A program made the position numbers and the translations under genes. A stretch of 44,454 bases of DNA, from contig NC_068989.1 of the NCBI RefSeq assembly GCF_001194135.2, positions 3,087,315 through 3,131,768 on the forward strand, read 5' to 3'. The notes below the pieces were generated by a model. That model searched no databases. It was not told where the DNA came from and worked only from the letters and a program-made list of their open reading frames with translations. Origin of the DNA: Octopus bimaculoides (lineage: Eukaryota). The stretch's first letter is position 1. Each line of letters begins with the position of its first letter. Below, piece by piece: positions 11,560-24,042 of this stretch.

Positions 11560-12030
11560 CAGGTCATTGTCGGGCTTCCGACCTATCCAACTTACGACCT
11601 ATCCAACTTTACAATGATTGGGGCACCAGCTCCCGGCAGCGATAATAAATAACTCAGTTGAAATCCAATGGGTTTAATTTCTTAGAAATTAACCCGTCTA
11701 CGGATGGTGTCAGCTAACAAACACTTCCTCTGGGTTTGGTTATCGATTGTCACTGTGGGTGTCCCATGTGTTGGATGAATATCCTGTGGTGGAGACATTG
11801 AGGCAACCTCGTAGTTGTTTATAAGACGACAGCTTGAGACTCTGAAGCTTTTGACTAACGCCAGTATAATAGAATAATACAGGATTGTGTGAATTTTACC
11901 TGAGAATCTACCTTAAGAATGTAAAACTATAAAACAAAGCTATGTATAGGCCTATGGTCCAACTTACGACCAAATCGACTAACGACCAGTCAGTCAGAAC
12001 CAATTGTGGTCATAAGTCAATGACGACCTG
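11560..12030. mobile_element. Tigger/pogo-like non-autonomous DNA transposon (MITE)
   Basis: TA|CAGGTC at the left end and GACCTG|TA at the right (TA target duplication). Subterminal ccaacttacgacc / gacttatgaccacaattg motifs resemble Tigger-type ends as I recall them. Confidence 0.7.
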
Positions 12031-12044
12031 TAATAATAATAATC

Positions 12045-12425
12045 CTTTTTACTAAAGGCACAAAGCCTGAAATTTGGGGGAGATGGGGGTCGGTTACATC
12101 AACCCCAGTACGCAACTGGTATTTATTTCATTGACCTTGAAAAGATGAAGCAAAGTTGACCTTGGCGGAATTTGATTTATAACAACAATAATAATAATAA
12201 TAATGATGATTTCAAATTTTGGCACAAGGCCAGCAGTTTTAGGGGAGAGTACTAGTCAATTACATCAACCCCCTGCTGGTACCAGTTGGTACTTATTTTA
12301 TCAACCCCAAAGGGATGAAAAGTAAAGTTGACCTCGGTGGAATTTGAACTCAGAACATTAAGATGGATGAAATGCCGTGCAACATTTTGCAGTGTTCTAA
12401 TGATTCTTCCAGCTTGTGGCCTTAG
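12045..12425 (-). mobile_element. Two adjacent copies of tRNA-like SINE family D
   Basis: ggcacaaggcc…accccagtacgcaactggtact…gatgaaa..caaagttgacct.ggcggaatttgaactcagaac. Homologues at 18980-19095, 20675-20875, 24725-24860 and 32410-32485 (-), and 27205-27420 and 37715-37875 (+). Confidence 0.85.
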
Positions 12426-13314
12426 GAATGCCTTAATAATAAGGTGTGCTTGATCAGAGATGACCCTGGGCTAAACATCACCAACAACCGTAACTATTCA
12501 AAATATTGTGTTTAATTGAAAGCCTAGAAAAGATGAGATTAGTAAGGTGAACAGCGTTGAAAGAGAGCCATGGATGGTGTTTCATCGTGAATTTGGGCTG
12601 AAAAACAAGTATAATGCATTATTATTATTATTATTATTATAATAATTATCATTATTATTATTATTATCATTATTATTATGTGTCTGGAATGAAGTAGTCA
12701 GAGGTTGAAGAAAAGTTACCTGAGCTTAAATGACACACAACACAATTAAAATATTACCTTTCCCAGTCCCAACAATACAAAACTGGAACCAAGCAATGAC
12801 ACAAATTACAAAATTTTGCAGGGCTTGTTTCCACACATACACACTCATGCATAAACATACAAACATACATGCACGCATGCACGCCCACACACACAGACAC
12901 ACACAACCTCAAGTTATGTCTGCTATGTACATATTGTTTATAGCATGTATGTGAGAAAAAATATTTAAAAAAAGCATCGTTAAAATAGGTTTAAAATATC
13001 TGACAGTAAAATAGAATTAAAAAAAAAAGTAAGTAATTTATATATCATCATCATCATCATCATTACATAATGTCTATGTTCCATACTGGCATGGCTTGGA
13101 TGGTATGACAAGATCTGAAGCATGCAAGGACCTCAGTGTGTATCCAACCACGGAAACCATTGACTTGGTTTCTACGCCTGGATGTCCTTCCTAATGCCAA
13201 ACACTTTACAGTGTGGACTGGGTACAATTTTCATGGCACCAGCATTAGAGAGGTCACCATGCAGCTTGCAAGATTACAAACCCTGAGGAGTCGGCTTTAC
13301 ATTAGAAGATGAAT

Positions 13315-13664
13315 GTGGAGGCACAATGGCCCAGTGGTTAGGGCAGCAGACTTACGGTCATAGGATCGCAGTTTCGATTCCCAAATTGGGTGTTATGAGT
13401 GTTTATTGAGCAAAAAACACCTAAGGCTGCATGAGGCTCCAGCAGGGTGTGGTGGCAAACCCTGCTGTACTCTTTCACCATGGCTTTCTCTTACTCTTTC
13501 TTCCTATTTCTGTTGCCCCTGTATTTTGAAGGGGCCACGCTGAATCTCCCCGAGAACTACATGTGTCTGTGGAGTGCTCAGCCACTTGCATGTTAATTTC
13601 ATGAGCAGGCTGTTCTGTTGATCGGATCAACTGGAACCCTTGTTGTCGTAACTGATGGAGTGCC
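13315..13664 (+). mobile_element. tRNA-derived SINE (family A-related)
   Basis: A box-like tggcccagtgg, B box-like gtttcgattccc; 3' body shared with 7600-7752. Confidence 0.75.
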
Positions 13665-13999
13665 CCGAGAAGATGAAGGATTGAAATATGAAAGAAGCAG
13701 CCAGAGCAGAACAGGTTTTTTTTTGCTGTAGAGGAGTTACACGGCTACTCACATTTATAAGGGAGGGCAGAAGGGATCAGGTGGAGCTGGAAAGAGATCA
13801 GAATAGTGGCGATGAGGGTTGTTGGTGGACCCTGAAGGTATAAAGTGTGTTGAGGAGAGTGAGTGAAAGGAACTGGGAAGAGTAGGGGTTGAGAGATGGA
13901 GAATACATGCGTGTGTGTGTGTGTGTGTGTGAGGTCACTTGTGTCAGTATTAGGTATGCATGTATGTATGCAAGTGTGTATGGATGTATGGATATATAC

Positions 14000-14036
<37 letters not shown>

Positions 14037-14039
<3 letters not shown>

Positions 14040-14712
14040 TTAAGAGGATTTCATAAATTCAAGTTTGACCTTTTATCATGCACCTTAGTGCAGTATGAAA
14101 TGTGCAGATATGTTTTCAGTGCTCTATATTTAAACTGAATAAAAATTTTTAAAATAGTTTGTGTTATCTCTGAGAAAATTCAACTCAGCAAGTTAATGAA
14201 ACAGTCATCAATTATATAGTGCTCCTGCTGCTTACAGCACTAAATTTTATGGAACCTTAGTGAATCATATATCTTGAGTAATGGATATCTTTTATTTTTT
14301 ACTTGCNNNNNNNNNNNNNNNNNNNNNNNNNNNNNNNNNNNNNNNNNNNNNNNNNNNNNNNNNNNNNNNNNNNNNNNNNNNNNNNNNNNNNNNNNNNNNN
14401 NNNNNNNNNNNNNNNNNNNNNNNNNNNNNNNNNNNNNNNNNNNNNNNNNNNNNNNNNNNNNNNNNNNNNNNNNNNNNNNNNNNNNNNNNNNNNNNNNNNN
14501 NNNNNNNNNNNNNNNNNNNNNNNNNNNNNNNNNNNNNNNNNNNNNNNNNNNNNNNNNNNNNNNNNNNNNNNNNNNNNNNNNNNNNNNNNNNNNNNNNNNN
14601 NNNNNNNNNNNNNNNNNNNNNNNNNNNNNNNNNNNNNNNNNNNAAAGAGAGAGAAAATATGTGTGTGAGAGATAGAGAGAGATATATATATATATAGAGA
14701 AAGAGTATGGGA

Positions 14713-14770
<58 letters not shown>

Positions 14771-15037
14771 TTAAGAGGATTTCATAAATTCAAGTTTGAC
14801 CTTTTATCATGCACCTTAGTGCAGTATGAAATGTGCAGATATGTTTTCAGTGCTCTATATTTAAACTGAATAAAAATTTTTAAAATAGTTTGTGTTATCT
14901 CTGAGAAAATTCAACTCAGCAAGTTAATGAAACAGTCATCAATTATATAGTGCTCCTGCTGCTTACAGCACTAAATTTTATGGAACCTTAGTGAATCATA
15001 TATCTTGAGTAATGGATATCTTTTATTTTTTACTTGC
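14037..15037. repeat. Identical 270-bp direct duplication (14037-14306 = 14768-15037) across an N-gap; probable assembly artefact
   Basis: No differences seen by eye. Both copies start right after a (GT)n run, and the first ends at the gap. Confidence 0.9.
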
Positions 15038-17033
15038 TTCCCCCATTTGACTGTGGGGTACCATACTAGGGTACCATACTGAAGAATTTTCAGTCAAATG
15101 AATCAACCCCAGTCCTTTTTATTTAAGCCTGGTACCTATTTTATTGGTCTCTTTTGCCGAGCTGCTAAGTTACAGGGATGTAAACAGACCAACAAAGGTT
15201 GTCAAGCCGTGATGGAGGACAAACTCAGACACATAACCAAACTCACACACATAGACGATAATAATAATAATAATAATGCCTGTCTGCAGTGGCAGATGAA
15301 CAAACGGGGCAGAGCTTCAGAGAAGGCCCTTGAGTTTAGCATTGTTGATTTGCTTTGCAATCTCTGCACCCAGTTGTCACATTGCTTCTCATTGAATCAG
15401 GGAAGATCTAGGTCCTTCATGGGTGCAATGACAAATCAAGGTGGCTTAAATTGGACTTGGCTAAGGTTATCAACATTTGATCTTGCACATTGTTAGACAT
15501 TACAGCTGTTTGCCATTATTTATTACACACTTTCACTGCAAAGTGGTGACCTTCAGCCTCATGCAAAACAATTGTCACAATAGTGTTACTGTTGTCCAAC
15601 TTCAACTCAGCCCTGATCGAACACGTCATTGAGTAAAGACTGTCTAAGGTTACCTTGTCATTTATATTTGCGGACACACTATATTTAGTGTAGTGATGAC
15701 AAACCTATGACGCATAAGTCATTAGTGGCACACACCTGCAAGGTTTTAAGTGTCACATGACAACTTTCAGGAAAAAACAAATCTCCCTACAGTATCATGT
15801 TACGAAAAAAGCTTAACAATAAGCCATCTATGTAACATACTTAATGTAAATACACGGTAGATGGGCCAGTTACTGCAGTATTTGTTCAGAGATAACATCT
15901 CTTCTGGACATGCAGTGTTAAAAACACTATAAATATCAGAGAGAGGAGGGAACACATCTAAGCAGTGGCCAGCACTAGTTCGTCAGCATCATCATTGTAA
16001 TCATCATCATCATTGTCATTTAACATCCATTTTCCGTGCTGGCATGGGTTGGACAGTATGGCTGGAGCTTGGTAAGGCCAGGATCTATTGTCTGCTTTGG
16101 CAAGATTTCAATGAGTGGACACTCTTCTGGATGCCAACCACTTCACAGAGTTATAACATGAAGACTAAAAATATTCTAGATGCCTTTCTTTACATTCACA
16201 TGGTTATTGTTATCAAACTTAGTGGTTTTTAGTATGACCATGATATAATTGTTATATCCTCTGCTTAATGTTATCAACTGGTTATTATTATCTAAAAGGC
16301 TCTACCTCAATGTAATCGCAAATAAACAACTTCTTCTCCACATTAACATCTACTTTCAGTTTTATCTGTAGTTTTTTTTCTGTTTTGTTATTTATTTATA
16401 TCTTTTCACTTTTTTTTAGTAATTTGAGATGCCTGCCTTTTTAAAGAATATAAAAGTGGTTATATAATAATAATGATAATAACAATAATAATAATAATAA
16501 CAACAACTAGACTCTCTTTCTCCTGCCCTTCTCATTAAATCTTTATCTCAGTCAAGGTTAGTATGTTGGTGTAGAATAACAGGTGTTTGTGTGCGTATGT
16601 ATGTGTGTTTGTGTGTTTGTGTGTGTGTGTTTTAATCATTTAATTATATAATTTCATATTCTTACATAGCAATCATGAATTCTGACTTGCTTGGGTTTCA
16701 AAGTCAGTTCTTGAAAAGGAAGGCGGCTTTGTTGATTGCACAATTTCCTCGAGATGCGGAAAGAAGGCTTAATAAATTAGAATCATACCAAGAGAGACAG
16801 AGACAGGCAGAAACAAGGAAAATGTCCATTCTATTTGAATACTCTGCAAATATTCTTTTAAAAAACTTTTCTTTTAATTTTTCCAAAATTGAATTGTTTT
16901 CCATACTTACAATTGAAAGAGTCTCAATGACTGAAACCGGTACTGAAATGTTTTTTATTAAATTATTTTAGCATTTTCTACCTTGAACTTTTTTTCCATA
17001 TATATCAACTCGTGTGTTCCTTTTCAACCTTCT

Positions 17034-17064
<31 letters not shown>

Positions 17065-17181
17065 ATATATATGTAATATATATATATAATATATATAATA
17101 TATATATATATAGGTTTCACCAGTCCTCAGTCAAATCGTCCAACCCATGCTAGCATGGAAAGCGGACGTTAAACGATGATG

Positions 17182-17213
<32 letters not shown>

Positions 17214-17214
17214 A

Positions 17215-17400
17215 TCTCTATATATGTAAAGATGAGAATGTGTGTCTGTCTGTGTGAATCCCTACAACTTGAGAACTACCCAACCAATTTCATTCAAATT
17301 TTACACATGTCTTACTAAGGGTCCATGCAGTGTCATGAGCCAAAAAATTTTCAACTTCTTGCCTAATGCAAGCCCAGTGCAATCTCTCATCTCTTAAACT
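17215..17400 (+). mobile_element. Possible 5' part of a non-autonomous Helitron-like element
   Basis: A|TCTCTATATATGTAAAG start followed by aactacccaaccaatttcattcaaattttacac resembles HelitronN 5' ends as I recall them. No 3' hairpin or CTRR end found. Confidence 0.35.
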
Positions 17401-17754
17401 ATTTCAGTATTACGTGTCAAAAGTGAAACAATGACATCTCTATTGCAATGTGAGACACTTTCAGTTTAATAGTTTCACTATTAATACTGAAACTATTACC
17501 TCACATATATAGGCTGCCCAAAATACGAAGAAAAGAGACCTATTTGATAGTGGGGAGCCTAACAGATGAAAACACAGCTTGGTCATGGTTGGAATGTCTT
17601 TGGTTAGAGGTTTGCTTGATCAGGGTTAAGTTGGTGGGGGTCTGAACGACAACATCATGGTGGGAGGGGGTTATGAGTGATACAGGAAGCAAGACTAACA
17701 GTGTTTTGTACTGTAAACACCTCAAAGTGGTACCAGTATGTGAAAACAGATGTT

Positions 17755-18124
17755 GTTATGACGATGATGATGATGATGAGAGTGGTGGTGGCGGTGATGG
17801 TGGCAGTAAAGCTGACGATGATGATGACAGTCGTGATGATGATGAAGATGATGGTTGTGGTGGTGGTGGTAGTGGCAACAGCGAAGATGACAATGACAAT
17901 GATAGTGACGATGATGATGATGATGATGATGATGATGATAGTGGTGGTGGTGGTGGTGGTGGCAGCAAAGGTGACAATGACGGTGATGACAGCAGTGACG
18001 ATGATGATAGAGGTAATGATGATGGTGGTGATGTTGAGGATGATGACGATGATAATGATGATGGTGATGGTTGTGATAGTGGCAGCAGCGAAGCTGACAA
18101 TAACAATGACGATAGTGATGATGT

Positions 18125-18165
<41 letters not shown>

Positions 18166-18334
18166 TTGATGATGATGATGATGACGATGTTGATGATGAT
18201 GATGATGATGATGGTGAAAACGATGATGACGACGATAATGATGATGACGATCCAGAAAATAGCAAAGTTGTCAAACAGAAATAGTTTGCCACTAAGCTAT
18301 ATAACACTTCTCTCTCTCTTTCTCTCACTCTCTA

Positions 18335-18430
<96 letters not shown>
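17755..18430. repeat. (GAT)n/(GGT)n compound tract followed by (CT)n(CA)n
   Basis: Directly visible. Confidence 0.95.
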
Positions 18431-18554
18431 ATGCATATAGCTGGCACCTCACCATATTCTGTCTTCTAAAACAAAACCAATACCTTTGCCAAGTTCAGCC
18501 TGACATTCAACTTGCTGTCTTATTTCAGCTGAGGTTTTAAGAAACAACTAAGAA

Positions 18555-18627
18555 ATGGGCCAAGAACAGAAGTCGTTCACATCCTGCTCAGAGACAGACG
18601 CCTCATTGAATGGAATGGACTTCCCAG
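18555..18627 (+). CDS. Candidate first coding exon (exon 18529-18627; MGQEQKSFTSCSETDASLNGMDFP, phase-1 donor)
   Basis: Acceptor gctgtcttatttcag, start context aagaaATGG, donor CAG|gtaacg. No homology recognised. Confidence 0.2.
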
Positions 18628-19097
18628 GTAACGAAGTGACATAATTAATGCAAAACATTGGAGCTAGTTTTGTTAATTACCATATTTACTCCTCCATAAT
18701 TCAATTTTTTTCCTTTCACAGTTTTAGCTTTGCCCCTTATATAAGTCACATCCCAGTTCTTTCAGTCAAAATCAAGCATAGAACAATGTGACTTATACAC
18801 AGGTAAATGCGGGTTATTAATATCTGTCATCATTGTCATCATTCCAGCCAACACTATAACCCTAAATCTTATATGATTTAATTTATTGGCAGCGACTTGG
18901 AAGATTGGTCTGAGAAGAACACATATACATGGTCACACGCATGCACACACACACATGCACGCCTTATATATATATTCTTCTCTACTGTAGGCACAAGGCC
19001 CAAAATTTTGGGGGAGGGGGCCAATTGATTAGATCGACTGCAGTACGCAACTGGTACTTAATTTATTGACCCCTGAAAGGATAAAAAGCAAAGTCAA

Positions 19098-19141
<44 letters not shown>

Positions 19142-20061
19142 NNNNNNNNNNNNNNNNNNNNNNNNNNNNNNNNNNNNNNNNNNNNNNNNNNNNNNNNNNN
19201 NNNNNNNNNNNNNNNNNNNNNNNNNNNNNNNNNNNNNNNNNNNNNNNNNNNNNNNNNNNNNNNNNNNNNNNNNNNNNNNNNNNNNNNNNNNNNNNNNNNN
19301 NNNNNNNNNNNNNNNNNNNNNNNNNNNNNNNNNNNNNNNNNNNNNNNNNNNNNNNNNNNNNNNNNNNNNNNNNNNNNNNNNNNNNNNNNNNNNNNNNNNN
19401 NNNNNNNNNNNNNNNNNNNNNNNNNNNNNNNNNNNNNNNNNNNNNNNNNNNNNNNNNNNNNNNNNNNNNNNNNNNNNNNNNNNNNNNNNNNNNNNNNNNN
19501 NNNNNNNNNNNNNNNNNNNNNNNNNNNNNNNNNNNNNNNNNNNNNNNNNNNNNNNNNNNNNNNNNNNNNNNNNNNNNNNNNNNNNNNNNNNNNNNNNNNN
19601 NNNNNNNNNNNNNNNNNNNNNNNNNNNNNNNNNNNNNNNNNNNNNNNNNNNNNNNNNNNNNNNNNNNNNNNNNNNNNNNNNNNNNNNNNNNNNNNNNNNN
19701 NNNNNNNNNNNNNNNNNNNNNNNNNNNNNNNNNNNNNNNNNNNNNNNNNNNNNNNNNNNNNNNNNNNNNNNNNNNNNNNNNNNNNNNNNNNNNNNNNNNN
19801 NNNNNNNNNNNNNNNNNNNNNNNNNNNNNNNNNNNNNNNNNNNNNNNNNNNNNNNNNNNNNNNNNNNNNNNNNNNNNNNNNNNNNNNNNNNNNNNNNNNN
19901 NNNNNNNNNNNNNNNNNNNNNNNNNNNNNNNNNNNNNNNNNNNNNNNNNNNNNNNNNNNNNNNNNNNNNNNNNNNNNNNNNNNNNNNNNATATATATACA
20001 TACACACACGATATACATATATTCATATACACATATATACATATATTTGTGTGCTTTTATA

Positions 20062-20138
<77 letters not shown>

Positions 20139-20219
20139 AAACGTATGCATATATACATATATTCACATATATATATATGCATATATACATATATTCACAT
20201 ATATATATATACATATATT

Positions 20220-20263
<44 letters not shown>

Positions 20264-20894
20264 TACATACATACATACACACACATGATATACATATATT
20301 CATATACATATGTATACATATATTTGTGTGTGTTTGTATATATATATGTATGTGTGTGTATGTATACATCATCATCATCATCATCATTTTACTGGTTAAC
20401 TCTTTTGTTAGGGAGTCAGGAGAAGGTAACATGTAAACTTGTGATATGAATGCAAAAGTTGTTTCTCTAAGTACGTAGCTCCTTGACATATTTGCCAGTC
20501 AGAATCAAATTTCTGCTACACAAAAGACCCTGTTATGTTGATTTATTAATATCACAATAAAACTTTAGCCCCTCCACCCCCACCCCCACCCTTAGTTGCT
20601 TTTCTTTTGTTCCTTAGCAATGGCTCAGAAATTGGGGTAGCAAGAAAAAAATAGTAATGATAATAATAATAATCTATTCTGCTATAGGCACAAGGCCTGA
20701 AATTTGTGGGGAAGAGGCTCATCAATTACATTGACCCCAGTGCGTAACTGGTACTTAATTTATCAACTTCAAATGGATGAAAGGCAAAGCCTGCCTCGGC
20801 AGAACGTAAACACGGATGAAATGCTGCTAAGCGTTTTTCCCAGCATGCTAACAATCGTGCCAGCTCACCACCTCAATTTATTTCATCATTATTG

Positions 20895-20941
<47 letters not shown>

Positions 20942-21214
20942 CTCTTTTACTCTTTTAATTGTTTCAGTCATGTGACTGTGGCCATGCTGGAGCACCGCCT
21001 TTAATCGAGCCAATCGACCCCAGGACTTATTCTTTGTAAGCCTAGTACTTCTTCTACTGGTCTCTTTTGCCGAACCGCTAAGTCATGGGGACGTAAACAC
21101 ACCAGCATTGGTTGGGGGGACAAACGCAGACACACAAACATACACACACACACATACATATACACACATATATATACATATAATGATAATTTTTTTCTTT
21201 ATTCATCACAACAG

Positions 21215-21402
21215 CCTGGGAAAACATTGAGGACAAAAGCAAAAGGCACCCAACTTTCAACACATTTCCTGGGAGGCAACACGTCACTCTCAACCCCCAG
21301 CTTCCTTCTCAAATGGAATTTTTAAAAGACGTCAGTCTTGTCCAGCACACAACCTCCTTTGCCATATCCATGAGACAAAGGAAACCTGCCTGCCCTTCCT
21401 GA
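21215..21402 (+). CDS. Candidate coding exon (phase 1: WENIEDKSKRHPTFNTFPGRQ…RQRKPACPS*)
   Basis: Acceptor tttttttctttattcatcacaacag, 61 open codons, in a non-microsatellite block of higher GC (21215-21715). Could equally be TE sequence. Confidence 0.2.
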
Positions 21403-21915
21403 CAAAAGGAATACATGGGGTGACCTTTACAATGGAGTCGGCCAATAGCTGGATTTGTCCAACACAAGGTGGCAGCTGTAGAGTTTATCCTGATCCAGCA
21501 GTTTCCCCGACTCCCACACTGTAGTACTGCTAGGCCAGGGATTTCTGGCTTGGTGGTGCTACAGTGGAGCCATTATTTATGGGCCCCAGCCCAAAAGTCC
21601 TCTAGAACAAACCAGCCACTTGATTTTCATCCGCGTCCTGATTTTCCCTGTGGACATTGCCACTTTTACACACCACTGACCCTCTATAGAATGCCATGGC
21701 AGAGCATCTACTGATCAATAATAACAAAATAAGCCTGTAATTGCTCGAAAGAAATCATTTATCAGTTCTTAAATATAAGGACAGGGCTTTGAAGAGAGTG
21801 GAAGTCATTAGTTGGCATTTTCAAATTCCTTCAAAAGAAATAATCTTTGAGACATTCTGGCAATGCTACATTTTCACGAAAGACAGTGAGGGCTATGGCA
21901 ATGTTTCATATACAT

Positions 21916-21952
<37 letters not shown>

Positions 21953-22299
21953 NNNNNNNNNNNNNNNNNNNNNNNNNNNNNNNNNNNNNNNNNNNNNNNN
22001 NNNNNNNNNNNNNNNNNNNNNNNNNNNNNNNNNNNNNNNNNNNNNNNNNNNNNNNNNNNNNNNNNNNNNNNNNNNNNNNNNNNNNNNNNNNNNNNNNNNN
22101 NNNNNNNNNNNNNNNNNNNNNNNNNNNNNNNNNNNNNNNNNNNNNNNNNNNNNNNNNNNNNNNNNNNNNNNNNNNNNNNNNNNNNNNNNNNNNNNNNNNN
22201 NNNNNNNNNNNNNNNNNNNNNNNNNNNNNNNNNNNNNNNNNNNNNNNNNNNNNNNNNNNNNNNGTTTTGACTTGTTAGTTTGACCTTTTACTTCACAAT

Positions 22300-22300
22300 G

Positions 22301-22373
<73 letters not shown>

Positions 22374-22392
22374 TAACGATAATAATAATAAT
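22300..22392. repeat. (AAT)n microsatellite
   Basis: Directly visible. Confidence 0.95.
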
Positions 22393-23095
22393 TGCCTTGA
22401 TGCAGTATCGGGCAGTGGCTCTCATGGCTTCTGATCTTAACTGATTGGAAGTGTTATCACGTACATTGTTTTGTCTTGGTATAAAAGATGGGCTACAGCA
22501 AATATTCTGCTCAATACCACAGATTTGCTTGTCAGTTGTTTGACCTTAAACCAGTTGAGCATGTCCCTTGGTGGCTGACGATATGTGCATCTCTGATCAC
22601 GAGCAGAAGTAGTGGGGGAGCATCATAGCCATGTGTTGAGAGAAATTCTTTGGGGTTTGGATAATTCACCTTTGGAAACATGGGTGTTTCGTGCAACAAC
22701 CTTAAACAACCCTTATTCAGGGACTTTTTGAGTAGGATGGGCTACTCGACCTGGAGAAAATTCTAACTGGGCCCCACCTGCAAGGTCATGCGCTGTTTAT
22801 CTTGATATGAGATCACCATGTCATGCACATATGGTTGTGATGCATGTGCCTGGTGTACCCTTATCAGACGGGTAGTCATGATGGGTATACTAGGCTTCGT
22901 ATATTTGTACCCCAGTGTCACTTTGATAACAATAACCATGATAATAATAAGCAGCTTCCACTGCATTTATTTTTTATCTCTTACTTGTTTCAGTCATTTG
23001 AATTGTGGCCAGCTGGAGCACCACCTTGAACAGTTTGGATGAACAAATCGACACATGTACTTTTGTTATCAACCTTTTGTCGAACCATGAACTAA

Positions 23096-23182
23096 TGGAT
23101 GGATGGGTGGGTGGATGGATGGGTGGATGGGTGGATGGATGGATGGGTGGATGGGTGGATGGATGGATGGCTGGATGGATGG
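23096..23182. repeat. (TGGA/TGGG)n tetranucleotide array
   Basis: Directly visible. Confidence 0.95.
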
Positions 23183-23243
23183 TATCAGTTTCAGGTATCA
23201 GTTCATAGTTTTAGGATATTAAGATCAATAACCGAAATCTCAT

Positions 23244-23334
23244 GTGAGACACCCAAGTGAGACACCCAAGTGAGACACCCAAGTGAGGCACCCAAGTGAG
23301 ACACCCAAGTGAGGCACCCAAGTGAGACACCCAA
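23244..23334. repeat. Tandem repeat, 13-bp unit gtgag[a/g]cacccaa x7
   Basis: 7 x 13 = 91 bp; units 4 and 6 carry an a>g variant. Confidence 0.95.
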
Positions 23335-24034
23335 ATGTGCCTAGAACAGAAATAATTATTAGGAATTGTATAAAAAGATTGTTGAAATATTTTATCTATT
23401 ATAGAAGTATGACCAATTAATTACACACAAACCTTAACTACAAAACCTTATATGGAATCTCAGAGGTCATAATGGACTCCACTGCTCTGTAAGATTATCT
23501 ACATGCTAGAAATAGCAGCCAGGTCTCTGCCTGTTTATTTGTTTCTCTCTCTCTCAGGTTACATCCAATGGATTTTAGAGAAATATTCATTTGATAATAT
23601 AGTCCTTGCCACTGCAGTACAGCTGAGAAATAGACAGGACGGTCACAGCTGGAAAGGCTTTGAGTACAGACCAGGCTGAGCGCTAAACAAGAACAAACAA
23701 CATGAGTATAACTGCCCCATAAAAACCACCACTGACCTCCACCACCACCCTTTCATGATGTAGCATTCAGAGAACAGAAGGGGAGGGGGAAGAGCAATAA
23801 TAATAATGATGATGATGATGATTTCTTTTATTTGCCACCAGGGGGGAAGGATGAGTGGGGGGGGGCAATACAAAGACAGACATAAAGTGTTGGGGTTTGC
23901 ATATAATGAAACAATAAAAAAAAAGAAGGAAAATAATAAAAAAATAAATAATGCAAAAAACAGGAAGCCGTCTCCTAACAAATGTTTTTCTGTTTTCCTT
24001 CAACACACTAACCTTTCACTTTTGACCTCAACAG

Positions 24035-24042
24035 AATTTTTG
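24035..24042 (+). other. Candidate 8-nt microexon (AATTTTTG)
   Basis: Branch site CACTAAC 24006-24012, pyrimidine tract, CAG acceptor (AG at 24033-24034), donor GTAAGT 24043-24048. Confidence 0.4.

Noticed and set aside
15290-15500. Minus-strand peptide EKQCDNWVQRLQSKSTMLNSRAFSEALPRLFICHCR and the + ORF 15098-15496
   Set aside because: The + ORF starts inside a SINE and crosses an (AAT)n. The minus peptide may be TE debris, but I cannot assign it.
22395-22930. Complex-sequence block that looks like an interspersed repeat
   Set aside because: No second copy in the window and no protein motif recognised, so no supportable call.
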